From Negaprion brevirostris (Eukaryota): a DNA stretch of 64,000 nucleotides. Where the stretch lies: the NCBI GenBank assembly GCA_030324005.1, contig JARDVH010000130.1, positions 19,356,262 to 19,420,261 of the forward strand, given 5' to 3'. Positions 25,589 to 39,125 of the stretch are shown piece by piece (positions within the stretch are counted from its first letter, which is position 1; each line of letters starts with the position of its first letter). The notes under the pieces were generated by a model. The model saw only the letters and a list, made by a program, of their open reading frames with translations, did no database searches and was not told the origin of the DNA. The translations under genes and the position numbers were made by a program.

Positions 25589-26029
25589 CCTTGCATTGGT
25601 TACCAAGCCATAGCTACAGGCAAGAGAATACCTCAATGGAGGGAACAATGTTGCAAATCCATCTCGGTTCAGGAAAAGCTTAAAGTACAGAAACATAGTA
25701 GGCATGAGCATGGTGCACTTCTAGGCACACTGACTTTGAATTATCCCGTGATCCTTGCAAATGGGTTTCTTTTTGGGGTTCCTTTGTCTTGTGTGTTTTG
25801 TGCCATCAGATCGGAGATTTATTTTTGCAAGTATCAAGACCCACAATTTATCAAGGCACTTCTGTAGCTTCTCACAGTGACATTGTGGTTTGGGCCCTTC
25901 TCTGTGCTTTGACCTCTGAAGGTGCAGAGAACAGATTTCTACATCGTACCCCGTAGTAAGCTGTCCAGGACATTACACAACTTTGTCATCTGGGGATTTG
26001 AGTACCACAGAATAGGCAATTAAACATTG

Positions 26030-26370
26030 TTCCTTTCCCCCAACTCTTTCCCCCTACTTTACGCCCCTTCCCTTTATCTTTTCTCCCCACTTTGCTTCTC
26101 CTTTTCTGAATCTTACATCTGTCCCATCCATTTTCCTCCCCCCACCTCTTCCAACATCTTCACTTTAGCTTCTCTGCTATTTGGCTATTCACACCNNNNN
26201 NNNNAGCTGGTTTCCTTGGTTTCTGTGCCTATGAGTCATCTTTCATTGCCTCAACCTGCAGTATAAATATCTTCCACTTTCTATGCCTTTTAGCTTTGAC
26301 AAAAGGTTGTCTGGACTCCAAGTTATCTCTTTTCTCTCCTTACAGATGCTGCCAGACCTGCTAAGAAACA
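26030..26370 (+). mobile_element. Penelope-like 3' end / pLTR
   Basis: Pyrimidine-rich tract, then gtataaata, agctttgacaaaaggttgtctggactc and tccttacagatgctgccagacctgct (same family as 7678). Confidence 0.65.
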
Positions 26371-26988
26371 GCAATACCTCCCTCTCCTACTTCTCTAAAC
26401 ACATTCACTTACCTTGTCTTCAGATATCCACTCTCTACAACTAGCACTCATGATCTTGAATGGTCTTAGTTGAAGATGTCCCCTATTTTTAAAATGATCT
26501 GTCCAAAAAGTAGCTATTTACCATGTTTATTGTCTCACACATTACTCCATATGCTTTCCCTGTAACTTCCTCCCGTCTAACTTTTTTGTTTCTCTGTTTT
26601 TGGTGTCTGGACCATTTGATGCTTGGTGTATTTTGGCCCTGTGCTGTTTGCATCGACCTATTTGTGTCTGACCTTGTGTATTGGCCCAACCACCACAATC
26701 TCTCCCCTCTCCCTACTTAAAATATCTTAAGTCATAACACTATTGCTTGAAAACTTTCTGGAAGCTGGTCTATATTGGGATGTGGTGCCATTATTTTCCA
26801 GCTCTCCATCAGCAAATAATTCTTCTTTTTGACTTAGCTTTCTTTGTTCCATTTGTACAATTCTGTTGGCCAATTATTGACTTGACCATCTTGCCTACAT
26901 TGGATATACATGTGTTAACTTATTTTATATCACCTCTGTTGAAATTTATTCACCCGATACACCTGTCTTTAAGGGTTTTTACCACCTT

Positions 26989-27293
26989 GGGCAGCACGGT
27001 GGCACAGCGGTTAGCACTGCTGCCTCACAGCGCCAGGGACCCGAGTTTGATTCCCGGCTTGCCTGTGAGGAGTTTGTATCTTCTCCCTGTGTCTGTGTGG
27101 GTTTCCTTTGGGTGCTCCGGTTTCCCCCCATAGTCCAAAGATGTGCAGGTTAGGTGAATCGGCCATGCTTCGTGCCAGTGGGATTAGCAGGGTAAATACG
27201 CGGGTTTATGGGGATAAGGCCTGGGTGGGATTTGTGGTTGGTGCAGACACAATGAGCCAAATGGCCTTCTCCTGCATTGTACGGATTCTATGA
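26989..27293 (+). mobile_element. HE1-type V-SINE, full length
   Basis: gggcagcacggtggcacagcggttagcactgctgcctcacagcgccagggacccgagtttgattccc (A and B boxes), V domain and CR1-type tail ending attctatga. Confidence 0.92.
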
Positions 27294-28059
27294 AAATGAT
27301 TTACTCCTACTTCCCCACCTGATGTGGCTTTTTCTTCAATGCATTTTGCTTCCAATTATTCAGCATCACTTTATCAGTTACATAGCTGAATCTAATTAGA
27401 ATTTGCTTAATGTCAATTATTTTAAAAATCCAACCAACCCAAGCAGAATGCGCATGGCCTTTGGCAACACTGACAGTCTAGTTCAAACCCATTAAATGAA
27501 GTGCAAAGAAGAAGCTGTCACAGTGTGTTCATGCTGGCAGGGATGCTCCAGCTTGTTTGCTTTTCTTGATGAGCATATTTTGAGGTCATGAAGCCTCATG
27601 TTCTTTTTAGTGTGTCTATTTACTAAGTTGCTGGCTGTTGGAGTTTTACAAATTTGAAACCAGTGTTTGCCATTTTCAATGGATTTCAGCTGAGATGTCT
27701 TATTAATTTCATTGTGTAAATGCTATGATATTTGGGTTGGTGATGTGACTCTTTTCTGCACTCATTTAAGTGCATTTTACAAGTGGACTTCACTTTCGGA
27801 TAGATGTGATTTCAGCCAACATCATCCATAATATTATGAATCCAAATTTTTATATACATGGGAATACACTTTCATTGCGGTGTTGTGTATTTAAGTCAAA
27901 GGGCCTGGCCTGACAATATCTCACACATTCAAAACCAAGTTCTTTGTCTTTTTTATAAATGGAATGTGCTCTGTCCGTCAATCATAACCCAGTTTCTGTT
28001 TGATGAAGCTAATTGTTAAATACAGAGGCTATGCCTATAGTTAGAACTGTACAGAGAGA

Positions 28060-28465
28060 CAAAAGCAAAACGGATGCTGAAAATTTGAAACAAAAACACA
28101 AAATGCCGAAATGGCAGCATCTGTGGAAAGGGCAGTTGGGTTAATATTTCAGCTTCTTAGTTATTAAGTTTTGTTTGCTTTATTTACAATCTATCTTGAA
28201 AACAAATATTGTCAATCTAGCATTCAATGGCCATGTCAGGTCTAATATCACTCATAACAATTAATGAGCTTCTCTATGAGATAACCAGGGCCACCAATTC
28301 TCTTTTTAAAAGAAAAAGAATATATCAAAGCAAACTAATCTGGAGGCTGGAAATCTAAAATAAAAACAGAAAATTCTGAAAAAACTCAGCAGGTCTAGCA
28401 GCATCTGTGGGGAGAGAAAGAGAGTTAATGTTTGATGTCCATGTGACTTTTACTCAGAGCTCATT
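28060..28465 (-). mobile_element. Two Penelope-like pLTR ends
   Basis: aaaagcaaaa..gatgctg..gcagcatctgtgg..gttaat at 28061-28150 and again at 28327-28460. Confidence 0.65.
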
Positions 28466-29159
28466 TCTTTCATTTTCATCATTGAAGACTGAAGGTCTCT
28501 GAGGTTCGTCTACTGCTTTTTCATCTCTGAGATTTGAGTCTGATCAGTTGATGCAAAGCATGTATATTTTTAAAGACTGACAAATTTTTTTTTATGAAAT
28601 GCATTGGGTCATCCCTGAACCTATTGGGTACAAATCCAAAACAACTGTCTCAAATTCAGCAACAAGTCCTAAGTGTGACGAGTATGGAAATGAAACTATC
28701 AGAATGATAGAGTTGAGTGCAGTCTTGTTCGGATGAGGATAATGCAGAACAGAGAAGATGCATTGTTCGGCATAACTTAGGGTGGGGTACGGCAATGATG
28801 GATGTAAAATCTTGCCAAGTGTTAGTTCCCAGCACTAACATCCCTCCTCTGAGCGCCAAAATAGAGGAGTATTAGGCATCGCATCATGCACTTGATATCG
28901 TGAAACATTTAGCTCCATTATTACTTCAGCGAAAAATAATTACGAGTCATAGCGTTGTTTAAACTGGGTCATTTTAATGATGGAAAATGTAAAGCAATCA
29001 TTCTGATGATAATTTGAACTTGAAAAATGTTAATTAAACTAAAACTGAAGTAGATTTTTCTGTTAAAATATTCAAGATTTTCACTGATAAACTTGAGCTT
29101 TCTTAGCTTAACAATCAAATGATCATAATTAATCACTGAATCTTTGTAGGAAATTCTTG

Positions 29160-30235
29160 ATTTGTCAAAGTGCTGTAATTGGCTTGCTAGTAGGAGGCAG
29201 AAGATTGTTTTTCAGACTGGAAGCCTGTGACGAACCATGTGCCACAGGGATCGGTGCTGGGTCCATTGTTGTTTGTCATTTATATGAACCATTTGGATGA
29301 GAATGTAGGAGGCCTGCATAGTAAGATTGCAGATGACACCAGAATTGGTGGTGTAGTGGACAGTGAAGAAGGTTATCTATGACTACAGCGAGATCTTGAT
29401 CAACTGGGCTAGTGGGCCGAGGAACGGCAGGTGAAGTTTATTTCAGATAAATGCGATGTGTTGCATTTTGGTAAGACAAACCAGAGCAAGACTTGAACAG
29501 TAAATGGTAGGGTCCTGGGCATATTGTCGAACAGGGAGACCTCGGAGTGCATGTACAAAGTTTCTTTAAAGTGGTGTCACCGGTAGATAGGATGGTGAAC
29601 AAGGTGTGTGGCACACTTAACTTGTTTGGTCTGTGCATTGAGTACAGGAGTTGGGAAGTTAGGTTACAACTGTACAAGACATTGGTAAGGATCACATTTG
29701 GAATACTGTGTGCAATTCTGGTCATCCTATTAAAGGAAGGATGCTATTAAACTGGAGAGGGTGCAAAAAAGATTTACAAGAATGTTATTGGGACTGGCAA
29801 GTTTGAATTATATGGAGAGGCTGGATAGGCTGGCACTTCTTTCTCTGGAGCATGGGAGGATGAGGGGTTACCCTGTAGAGGTATATGAAATCATGAGGAA
29901 CGTAGCTCAGATGAATAGCCAAGGTTGTTTGCCCAGCATAGGAGAGTCCAAAACTGGAGGGCATAGGTTTAAGGTGAGAGGGAAAAGATTTAAATGGGAC
30001 CTGAGGGGAAATTTTTTCATACAGAGGGTGGCATGTATTTGGAATGAGCTTCCCAAGAAGGTGGTAGAGACGAGTACAATTACAACATTTAAAAGACATT
30101 TGGATAGGTACGTGGATATGCATGGTTTGGGGGAAATGGGCCAAATGCAGGCAAATTGGACCAGTTCAGTTTAGGAAACCTGGTTGACATGGGCAAGTCG
30201 AAGGGCCTGTTTGTGTGCTGTATATCTCTATGCCT
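29160..30235 (+). mobile_element. CR1 LINE 3' ~1.1 kb, frameshifted
   Basis: VPQGSVLGPLLFVIY, ADDT, QKRFTRML and GHRFKVRGKRF..LRGNFF motifs, plus the 3' UTR gaagggcctgtttgtgtgctgta. Confidence 0.93.
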
Positions 30236-32094
30236 CAATGTATGACAAAGTAGAGCTAGTGTAAAATCGGTATGTATAGGCAGCATAAATTCAACATTAT
30301 TGTTAAGCTATTGGGAAGCTTGAGATAACAGTAATAAATGTGAATTTGTTTTTGAACTTCATCTGAGGTTGGTTATATGTTTTATTCAAAGATCTGAAAA
30401 GTTCTTGTCACCCATCAAATATGGGTTTATTTGAGGTGATTGATTTTTGTGAAATGAGTGAAAGGAACTGCAACAAATCTCTATTTGGTGACTTCCCACT
30501 ATTTTATTTTATACTTAATAAATGGTGGTAAACAATTTTTTAAATGACGTTTGGTGAATTTCTAATGAAGTGCTTGAATTGGAGATATGTACGCTTTATC
30601 CGCTTACTAAGTTGTACATTAAAAGGATAATGTAAGCTATCTAGCAACCTGGATACCCTAACAATAGATAATTTTGTAAGCCAAGTACATTGTTTACACT
30701 CAGACTGTGTCCCACAATGGCACGTGGGATAAAAGCATTGCATGGAACTAGTAATCTAAAAACCAGGTAGCTATTAAGTGACAGCATATTCTATGAAATT
30801 GATCTGATCGATATATTCGTATCTTGTTAGAAGTTTTGGTGATGTTTGAAAACCTGCTGCTGCTACCTGCTGCTGTGGGCAAATGTATTTGAATTAGAGG
30901 TCAGGAATGATTGGTGAATCTGAACTCCTATTGTGGGATTGTAGTTGTAACTGATGTTCAAAATTGTTCTTTCCTAATGGGGAACAGACTCAAAGGTGAG
31001 TGCTGCCAAAAGCATTCATGAAAAGATGAAAGCTTTATTCCATTTCCTGACAGGAACAGTAATCTCTCACCACTCTGAGTGAAATGTAGCAGAAGCTGTA
31101 ACGTATTTCGAAATGTTAAAAAAATGTCAGTCACAAAAAAAGACCTCTAATGTTTCCCAGTGGGTGAAGTGCATCAAACGGTGATGGGCATCAATTGTAT
31201 AGAATTCCGAATCCTGGTTTCATTCTGGTACTGGTTTCTTGCACCTCACAGGTTAGGTCATTTTCAGAAGGGTTCCCAAACTGGGGTCCATGGCCCCCAG
31301 GGGCTGGTGAAGCCAAGGGGGGGGGGCGTCACATGACGGGCAAATGCTGGTTTGAATGTGCAAGGTGTAAAAATAATTGGACAAATCAGATTGGCTAATT
31401 AGAGCAAGGCCTCAGTCAGCCCATCAGCAGCCAGTGTTCTGAGAGTGTCCTTGCTCTAAATGGCCTATTTGTTTTATTTTGCTGGGCAGAAAAGCCCATG
31501 GCCAACATCGAAGATTGAAGGTGAGGTGGGGGTTGGCAAGTGACGAGAAGGCCAGAAGTGGAGAAGAGGCGGCCAAAAGTGGAAGAGAGGTGGCAGTGGT
31601 GAGGAGATGCTACGGCGTGGCCTGCAGATAGTGGACCCTCAGGAAAAGAGTGGGAAGGATTTGGGTCTTAGAGGTGTGGGTTGTGTGGGGGCAGGGGCAA
31701 GGGTTAATGTAAGGACATCATGTAGTTGGTGAATGTATTTGTGTCCCTGCACCTCTTCCTACTTCCCAATACATGCTTAGATATATCTATAAAAGATTTG
31801 TTTACATTTGATTTCTGTCTTCATCCGTTTCACGGCAACAAAGGGGTGTCGACAGTGAGAACACTTGAGGTTCTCCAAAGTTTTTGGGAGGTCAAGAGAG
31901 GTTCTGTGGATTAATAAGTTTGGGAAACGCTGACATAGAATATACAACACAGAAACAGGCTATTCCACTCAACCAGTGTGTGCTGAGGTTTCTGTTCCAC
32001 TTAAGCCTTCACCTATCTTTACTCGTCTCGATCTACCATCGTAACCACCTATTCCATTCTCGCTAAAATATTTGTCAAGCTTCCTCTTAAATAC

Positions 32095-32915
32095 AATAAA
32101 AACAGAAAAGGCTGGAAAAATGCAGCATGCCTGGCAACATCTCTGGAGAGTGAAGCAGAGTTAATGTTTCAACCTGCGTGATTCTTCAGGGCTGAAGAGA
32201 GGTAGAAAGCTGATGGATTTCATACTGTGGAAAAGATGGAGCAATGAAAGTCAGGGATAGATGGAAGCTCAGGAAAGATTACACAAATGTAATGGACACA
32301 AGACAAAGGGATTGTGTTTAGGTCTAAGGAAGGTGCTAATTCTGGCCTAAATATCCAATGGCAGAATGTGTTAATATCAGAACAAGGTTCAATCTCTCTG
32401 AAAGCAAAACATAACAGACATAATGCAGATTGGCCTTGTTGGGGAGGGAGGAGTTGGAGAAAAAAGAAATGAAGTTTAAAATTTTAAAGTTTATTCATTA
32501 GGGTCACAAGTAGGCTTACACTGCAATGAAGTGACTGTAAAAGTCCCCCCGTTGCCATGCTCAGTGCCTGTTCGGGTACACTGAGGGAGAATCTAGCATG
32601 GCCAGTGTACCTAACCAGCACGTCCAGGGACTGCAGGAGGAAACTGGAGTACCTGGAGGAAATCAACGCAGTCACAGGGAGAATGGGAGCATGGGAATAC
32701 AAGATCAAAATGGAGGACAGAGTGCATGGTCTGAAATTGTCAAACTCAGTGTTTGGTCCAGATGTCTGTTCAGTGCCTAATGGGAAGTTGAGGTGCTGTT
32801 CCTTCAGTTTCCTTTGGGGTTTACTGGAATATCGCAGCAAGCCAAGGACAGAAGTATGAGTGTGAGAGCAAGATAGTGAATTGAAATGGCAAGTGACAGG
32901 AAGATCAGAATCATG
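32095..32915 (-). mobile_element. Penelope-like element 3' end (GIY-YIG endonuclease C-terminus plus pLTR), interrupted by a V-SINE
   Basis: Minus strand QRKLKEQHLNFPLGTEQTSGPNTEFDNFR resembles the PLE ORF end (RKL.EQ.LIF.LGTL.P.GLN.EF). The downstream pLTR carries ctgaagaatc..gttgaaacattaactctg..agatgttgccag. Confidence 0.75.
32489..32685 (-). mobile_element. V-SINE 3' half with the alternative tail
   Basis: tttattcatta..cacaagtaggcttacactgcaatgaagtgactgt joined to the antisense V domain ggaggaaactggagtacctggaggaaa. Confidence 0.8.
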
Positions 32916-33849
32916 TTGCCTATTTTATACTGATGGCCTGTGGTTATGCTCTTCCCGAGGAAAGGAAATGTTCTCTCTATCAAAAACATTCATAATTTTA
33001 ACCATCTCCAGTTCACCCTTTAGCTATTTTTTGGAGAGAATAGAGCCCCAGCCTGTCAGCCCTTTCCTGAAAGGTTTACCTACCCACCACTTTCTGATAT
33101 TATCCTTGTAAATCTTCTTTGAATCCTTAAATGAAAGGCAGCCTAAGCTAGTGAGTGAGCTGAGTGGCTTCATTCTCAGTGGGTCACAAGATTGAAGTTG
33201 AGCTTGTTGATGAACCATGATCCCATGAATAACATTGAATGCATTTAATACACACTGAATGTTTCATGATGAGTTATCAAAAATGCTTAATCGTTTATAT
33301 ATTAATATAGCTATCAGTTTCAAATGGTAAAAACAGGAAATATTTACACTTTGGAAGCAGAGGGAATGCACGGCTCTAACAGTGAATGTTGAATGCAATT
33401 TGCATGCACCTCATTTGTCTTTGCTTTACATGCATAACGCTTCAGTTGTGCTGAAAGTAAAAGCAATGATGTGGATAAGAATCAGCAGAACGTGGCAGCC
33501 CTGCACACGAGCAACGAACAACAAAATGTGGCCCCTGGGCTGCAGGCTGCCCAACACTGCTCAACATCATTTTTATAAAATGCAGTTTGCGCACCATACT
33601 CAAAAGTATGGTTCAATCAAGCTTCACTCCTGTTTTATCACAACTATTTTACTTTCATTCATGTGTGCTGTGCCTTGATTCTTGGCTGTTATCTGCTGAA
33701 GCTTCATCCTGAGATGTTTCTGTTTGTAGTTTTTTTGTTGGTGGCCATTTGCAATTGTCTTCCTTTGGGTCGGTAGTAGGCCCCAAGTCGGCCTCATCTG
33801 GAAGAGGAAACAAACCTATACTGTTGGTGCATATGTTCGCCAGCTGAGC

Positions 33850-35560
33850 TAACCAGCACCCTCAATTCTATCTCTCTAAAAATATACACCTCGTGTATAA
33901 TTTGCTTTTTTGATGACCTTGCTAATCCACGGTGCAACTTTGAGCAATTGTTGCATTTGTACACTGGTATCCCTTTGTTGTTCTATTCTTGGACTTAAAC
34001 CTTCCAAATAAGTGACTTCTCTAGTCTTCCTAATAAAATATATGACTTCACATTGTAACTGTTGAACTTCATTTGCAAATTTTCCCATTCTGCAAACTGT
34101 TTAATGGCCTTGCCTCTCAAATATTTATTTATCTCAGTTTTGAAAGTTTTAGTTGATTCTTTAGACATTTGGGGATAAAGTTCAAGATTTTCACAACTCT
34201 TCGTGTGAAAATGTACTTTTTAATTTCACTCCTTCGTCTGATTTTAGGGTTATATCCCATTCTTTTAGGTTTCTTCCTCTAAAGGAAATGATCTTCGTCC
34301 TTCCAAACTAAAGAAATGCAAATCAAGACCATACACCCAATTGCATTATCGCGTGGTTAGCAAAGCAGCATTTTAAACAGGTTTTGAGAAAGAATTTTTG
34401 ATATTGAATCAATCCTGATGAGGAAAAAAAGCCTAATTTCTACTAGCCGCCTTTGTATCTTCGCCTTGTCTGTTAGCCATTTTTGTGCAGGGCACACATG
34501 TCCCTGTGTTTCTCCACAGCTCTTAGCCTGTCAGCATTGAAAAAATATTTTGATTTGTCTTTGCTGGACTGAAAACAGTTGATTTCCCTACGTTGAATTC
34601 CTTCTGCTATAGTATTTCTCTAATCAAGCAGTTTGACTGTGTCTCGATCCAGACAACTTACTTTGCCACCTAACTTATTGCAAACATGGATATACAACTC
34701 TGTTCCATCATGGTGAAAAGTTCTGGGCATCTGTCAATCAGAACTTAGCCTTGATTCTGACTCTGTTTCCTACTTCGCTGAGTGAATGGCCAGCCTATGT
34801 CTTAATGTTTCTTCCGATCATATCATTAGAATCCCTGTAGTTCAAAAGAAGACCATTTGGCCCTTCTAGTCTGCATCGACCACAGTCCCACCTAGGCCCT
34901 ATTCCCGTAACCCTTCATATTTGTCTTGCTAATCTCCCTGACACTAAGGAGTAATTTAGCACAGCCAATCATCCTAACATGCACGTTTTTGGACAGTAGG
35001 ACAAAACCGAACACCAGGAGGGAACCCAAGCAGACATAGGGAGAATATGCAAACCCCACACAGACAGTGACCCAAGGCCGCAATTGGACCTGGATCCCTG
35101 GTGCTGTGAGGCAGCTGTTATAACCATGATACCACTGTCCTGCCCAAAGAAGGAGTATAAATATGTGCTTGTATTTTGTGAATAATCTCTTGTGTAGAAC
35201 CTTATTGAGTGCCTTCTGGAAGCCTATGCAGTCTTTGTACATAGATACCTCCCAGTCCACTTTGCTAGTTACCTAGGCACAAAATTCAATTAAATTCGTC
35301 AGACCTGACCTACCCATCCCAAATCCACACACTATTTAATTGGCTTGTGCTTATCCAAGTGCTCAATCACTCCATTTCTGATAGATTTAAATAATATCCC
35401 CACAGCTTATGTTAAACTAACAGGTCTGTAGATACTTCATCTCTCTCTTTCATTCCTCTCTTCTCAAGTAATGGAGTCTATATTTGCAATTTTGTAATCC
35501 AAAAGCGCAATTCCTGATTGCGATCAGCCTTGAAGAAATATGACAAATGTACCTGTGGAC
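33850..35560 (-). mobile_element. Patchwork of old CR1 fragments, with a V-SINE insertion
   Basis: Antisense RT motifs: accttattgagtgccttctggaa (FQKA..KV.HKRL), taactaacaggtctgta (YRPVSLT-like) and GKFANE..CEVIYF. Confidence 0.6.
34823..35145 (-). mobile_element. HE1-type V-SINE, full length
   Basis: Reverse complement of head (gtgctgtgaggcagc..ctgccc), V domain and CR1-type tail. Confidence 0.88.
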
Positions 35561-36059
35561 ATTTTGTGAGTTCTAGCTTTCAGGTTTTGGAAGTTTGTAT
35601 TTTGCGTCGTAACAAAAAGCAGCTCACACTTCTGCACTGAGAAATGGCAAATGTTATTCTGTAAAGTAAGAAGCTTAGCAGCATTTTGCCACAAGTGTAG
35701 AAGCTGTTAGCATAATCATGACATTGTTGAAACATGGGTCATGTTTGCAGCTCAGTACAACAGCAATTTGAATGTGCGAGAAACCATTTTCAAATGAATG
35801 CTATTATTGACATGTTGCAGCAATCTACTACTGGTGGCAGCTACTTTACTATTGCTTCATGATGGTTGATTTGAGAAGATAGTTTCACTAAGTGAGCATT
35901 ACCTCATAGGTGGAATCCATCACTTAATTTAAGTGATGCGTTATCTTCTCTGTTTAATTTAGCTGACATAGAACCAATGATTTAAATTTCCAAACCACGT
36001 ATGCATCCAGGCTCGTACACCTTTGTATGATTATGGCTGTGGAAATTACAACACTTTTT

Positions 36060-37560
36060 TTCATATCTCTTGAGATTTTAGCATTGCTGCTGAGGCTAGC
36101 ATTGCCGAAACCATTTGCCCTTGAACTTGGTGATGAGCTGCCTTCTTGAATCTTTGCATTCCATTTGGAATAGAAAGAGCTGGACTGATGCTCAGAGAGG
36201 AGTTTCAAGTGACAGCAAAAGAATGGCGGTCAAGTTCCAAGTCAAGATGGTGCATTGCCATATGCCAGCTGCCTTGTTCTTCTAGGTAGTGGAGGAGTTT
36301 GGAAGGCATACGTACACTTGGTGCTTTTTTTATGTTGTTTGATATAACTGAATGGTTTGCTACACCATTTCAGAGTGCAGCCAGAAGTCAACCATGTTGC
36401 TGTAGGTCTTGATTTACAAAAGAAAGACTTGTTGCTACCAATGTTATCCAAAGTGGCCTTTCCAATGAACAGTTCCGTTATTTTAAAAACAGTTATTGTA
36501 GCCTCTTGCCGATTTGTGTACATTCCCCTGTTCTCTAGGAAGTTATTTCCTTATAATTTGCAAAAGTATTTGCATCTCAGTCTGATTTATGTTTGCAATT
36601 TAGTCACGCACACATTCATTCACCATTCTATAGCCATACCTGCTTGTCCAAATTTCTATGAATGCTTTCAATCTCTATTATGCTGGTCATTTGACCACAT
36701 CACGGCACCATCAGCAACTTTCCCATTGAGAAATGTGCCTGCTTCTATATGTATTATTAATAGTGTACAGAGTAGGGCACCAAAAACATTGCTCTGCAAA
36801 ATTTGGGTAATTTTGGACAGAAGTTTGTCCCGATCTCCTCAACCTTATTTTCTATTCACAAGCCAATTTTCAATCCAGTCAGGTCATTTCCATGATCTTT
36901 GGTCATTTTTTGAATATCCAAATGAATTGTATTTGCTGGATTACCATAGTCTACTAAATAAAGCTTGCTCTTCATAAAATTCCAAAGGACTTGAGAAGTG
37001 ATCTATTGCTTCTAAATCTCTGCTGACTAGATTCCTTTTGACCTCTTCTCTCTTGAGATGAGTACTGACGGTCTCCAGTAAAATGCTACCAAGTATTTAC
37101 CTCAAGATTAATGACAGACAAACTGGTCTATCACTCCTCGGTCGTGCGTTTTTAAAAAAATATGCAGAAAACATTGACTTCCTTCAATCCTTAGATGCAC
37201 GTAATCCTATATTTATGGAGTTCCAAACAAAAAAGATGCAGACACTTAGCCCCTTGCTCACTCCTTATTTTGAGAATTCCAGCATAAAACTGGCTTGGTT
37301 CAGGTGACCATAAGGCATTTGACTCCTTGAGTTTTGTTTCAGTTTTTTTTTTGATCATCTCTTTATCTTATCAATTCCAAAGCTACTTTGACTGAACCTA
37401 GAACTGGTTCATAGCCTTTGTCAAGTATTTGGGAAGCATCAGTGTAAGCGTATCCCTATTTGCCTGATGCTCATAACATGTCTGTCCAAATCATTTTTTA
37501 ACAACTCATTCAGGTCTACATTTACATTTTAAAAAGTGTTTTAATTCCTTGCAGTTGCTA
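36060..37560 (-). mobile_element. L2/CR1-group tail followed by a decayed CR1 ORF2
   Basis: 36060-36500 matches the 21180 and 48456 tail (gcattgcc..ttgcccttgaacttggtgatgagctgccttcttgaa). 36900-37300 has decayed antisense RT motifs (gacagacaaactggtctat). Confidence 0.55.
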
Positions 37561-38076
37561 NNNNNNNNNNNNNNNNNNNNNNNNNNNNNNNNNNNNNNNN
37601 NNNNNNNNNNNNNNNNNNNNNNNNNNNNNNNNNNNNNNNNNNNNNNNNNNNNNNNNNNNNATGTCAAAATCAAGGATAAATTACGGATATAATTTTGTCT
37701 TGGTATTTGTATCTTGTATCATAATTTTTATCAAACTTTGGGTTATATTAGACATCTCATTCAACTACCAATTAGTCTTGCTGGTTTTCTGAGGCATACA
37801 CTTAAAATAATTTGCTGCTCTTTCTTTTCAGTTTGGATACCTGTGTTCATGTTCCCCAAAGCCTTTCTCACTGCTCCAGAATAGAGTTTTGCATTATTTC
37901 TGGCATATTTTTGTTTAGTTAGATTTAAGGGATATACTACAATCTAAATACCTATCCATTTTTTGGACTGTTGTATTTATGATTTCTCAATGACCACAAT
38001 ATCCTGGTTTAGATGTTATAAACTTCTTTACAACCCTTTCTTTCTGTTCATCTTACCATTTTTATCTCTGGGATAA

Positions 38077-38370
38077 GGGGCGGCACAGTGATTAGCACTA
38101 TGCCTCACAGTGCCAGGGACCTTGGTTCAATTTTGGCCTGGGATGACAGTTTGTGTGGAGTTTGCACATGCTCCCCATGCCTGCGTGTGTTTCCTCTCAC
38201 ACTTCAAAGATGTGCAGGTTAGGTTGATTGGCTATGCTCAATACCCTTTAGTGTTAGGGAGATTAGCAGTGTAAATGTATGGTGTTATGGGGATAGGGCC
38301 TGGATAGGATTGTTGTTGGTGCAGGCTCAATGGGCCGAATGGCTGCTTCTGCACTGCAGGGATTCTATAA
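38077..38370 (+). mobile_element. HE1-type V-SINE, full length
   Basis: ggggcggcacagtgattagcacta.tgcctcacagtgccagggac, V domain and tail gggccgaatggctgcttctgcactgcagggattctat. Confidence 0.9.
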
Positions 38371-38480
38371 TGGACAGCAGAGCTAAGTCTTTTGTCTCCC
38401 TTGATCTTTTCACAGCATTCAGTACAGTCCACCACTTGACTCTGCTCCATTCCTTTTCCTCTGTGGTGCACCTGTTGCCA
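38371..38480 (+). mobile_element. L2 RT fragment
   Basis: SLDLFTAFSTVHHLTLL resembles L2 LLDLSAAFDTVDH..LL. Confidence 0.55.
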
Positions 38481-38754
38481 AACCTCCTCCGCCTCATTTT
38501 GCTACCTCACCCAGTGGACTCTGCACTTCTGCAACAGTTGATTTTCTTGGGTGACCATCTTTGGAGTAACATGGGACTTTACCATCCTGGTTAGCTTATT
38601 CACCTGATCAACTTGCTGCTCTTCGAAACAGGCATGGGTCCAGTTTTGTTTGTAAAATGCTGGGATGTCTCAGCTGATGTGAATCTTTATCATGATCACC
38701 AGCCTCCTCTTTCAAAGTAGTATCTGGGGTTTAACACCCAGTCTAAAAGGAGTT

Positions 38755-39125
38755 ATATCCTGCCTTTTATAACCTCAGGAAGTCTCAAAGTGTTTTATCA
38801 CTGACAAAGGACTTTAAGTATAGATACTTTTGAGTGTGTGAAACACTGCAGCTGTTTTGCATGTACCAAGCTTCTATCAACAATCATGCGATCATGATCA
38901 GATAATTTGTTTTGACCATATTGATTAAAGGATAAGAATTGGTTAGGGCACTGGGGAAAATTCCACAGCTCTTGTTTAAAATGAGTATCGTGTAATCTTT
39001 GCGTCCACTTGAGCGAGTTTAATGTCGTGACCAAAAGACAGCACCTTTGTGTTACATTCACACTAGAAAGTCAGCCCAGATTTTTTGCTCTGGAGTGGGA
39101 CTTGTACCAATAAGTTGGAGCCACC
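38755..39125 (-). mobile_element. DeuSINE (SacSINE1/AmnSINE1-like)
   Basis: Antisense Deu domain gtttaatgtc..aaagacagcacct, head gtcagcccagatt..gctctggagtgggacttg and L2-type tail ctcaggaagtctcaaagtgtttt. A tail-only copy lies at 19395-19495. Confidence 0.7.

Noticed and set aside
26989-27060. tRNA-like sequence
   Set aside because: It is the tRNA-derived head of a V-SINE, continuing into the V domain and LINE tail; not a tRNA gene.
36357-36977. Longest ORF in the track (206 aa)
   Set aside because: Antisense to decayed SINE/LINE sequence, with no protein motif and no splice or codon support.
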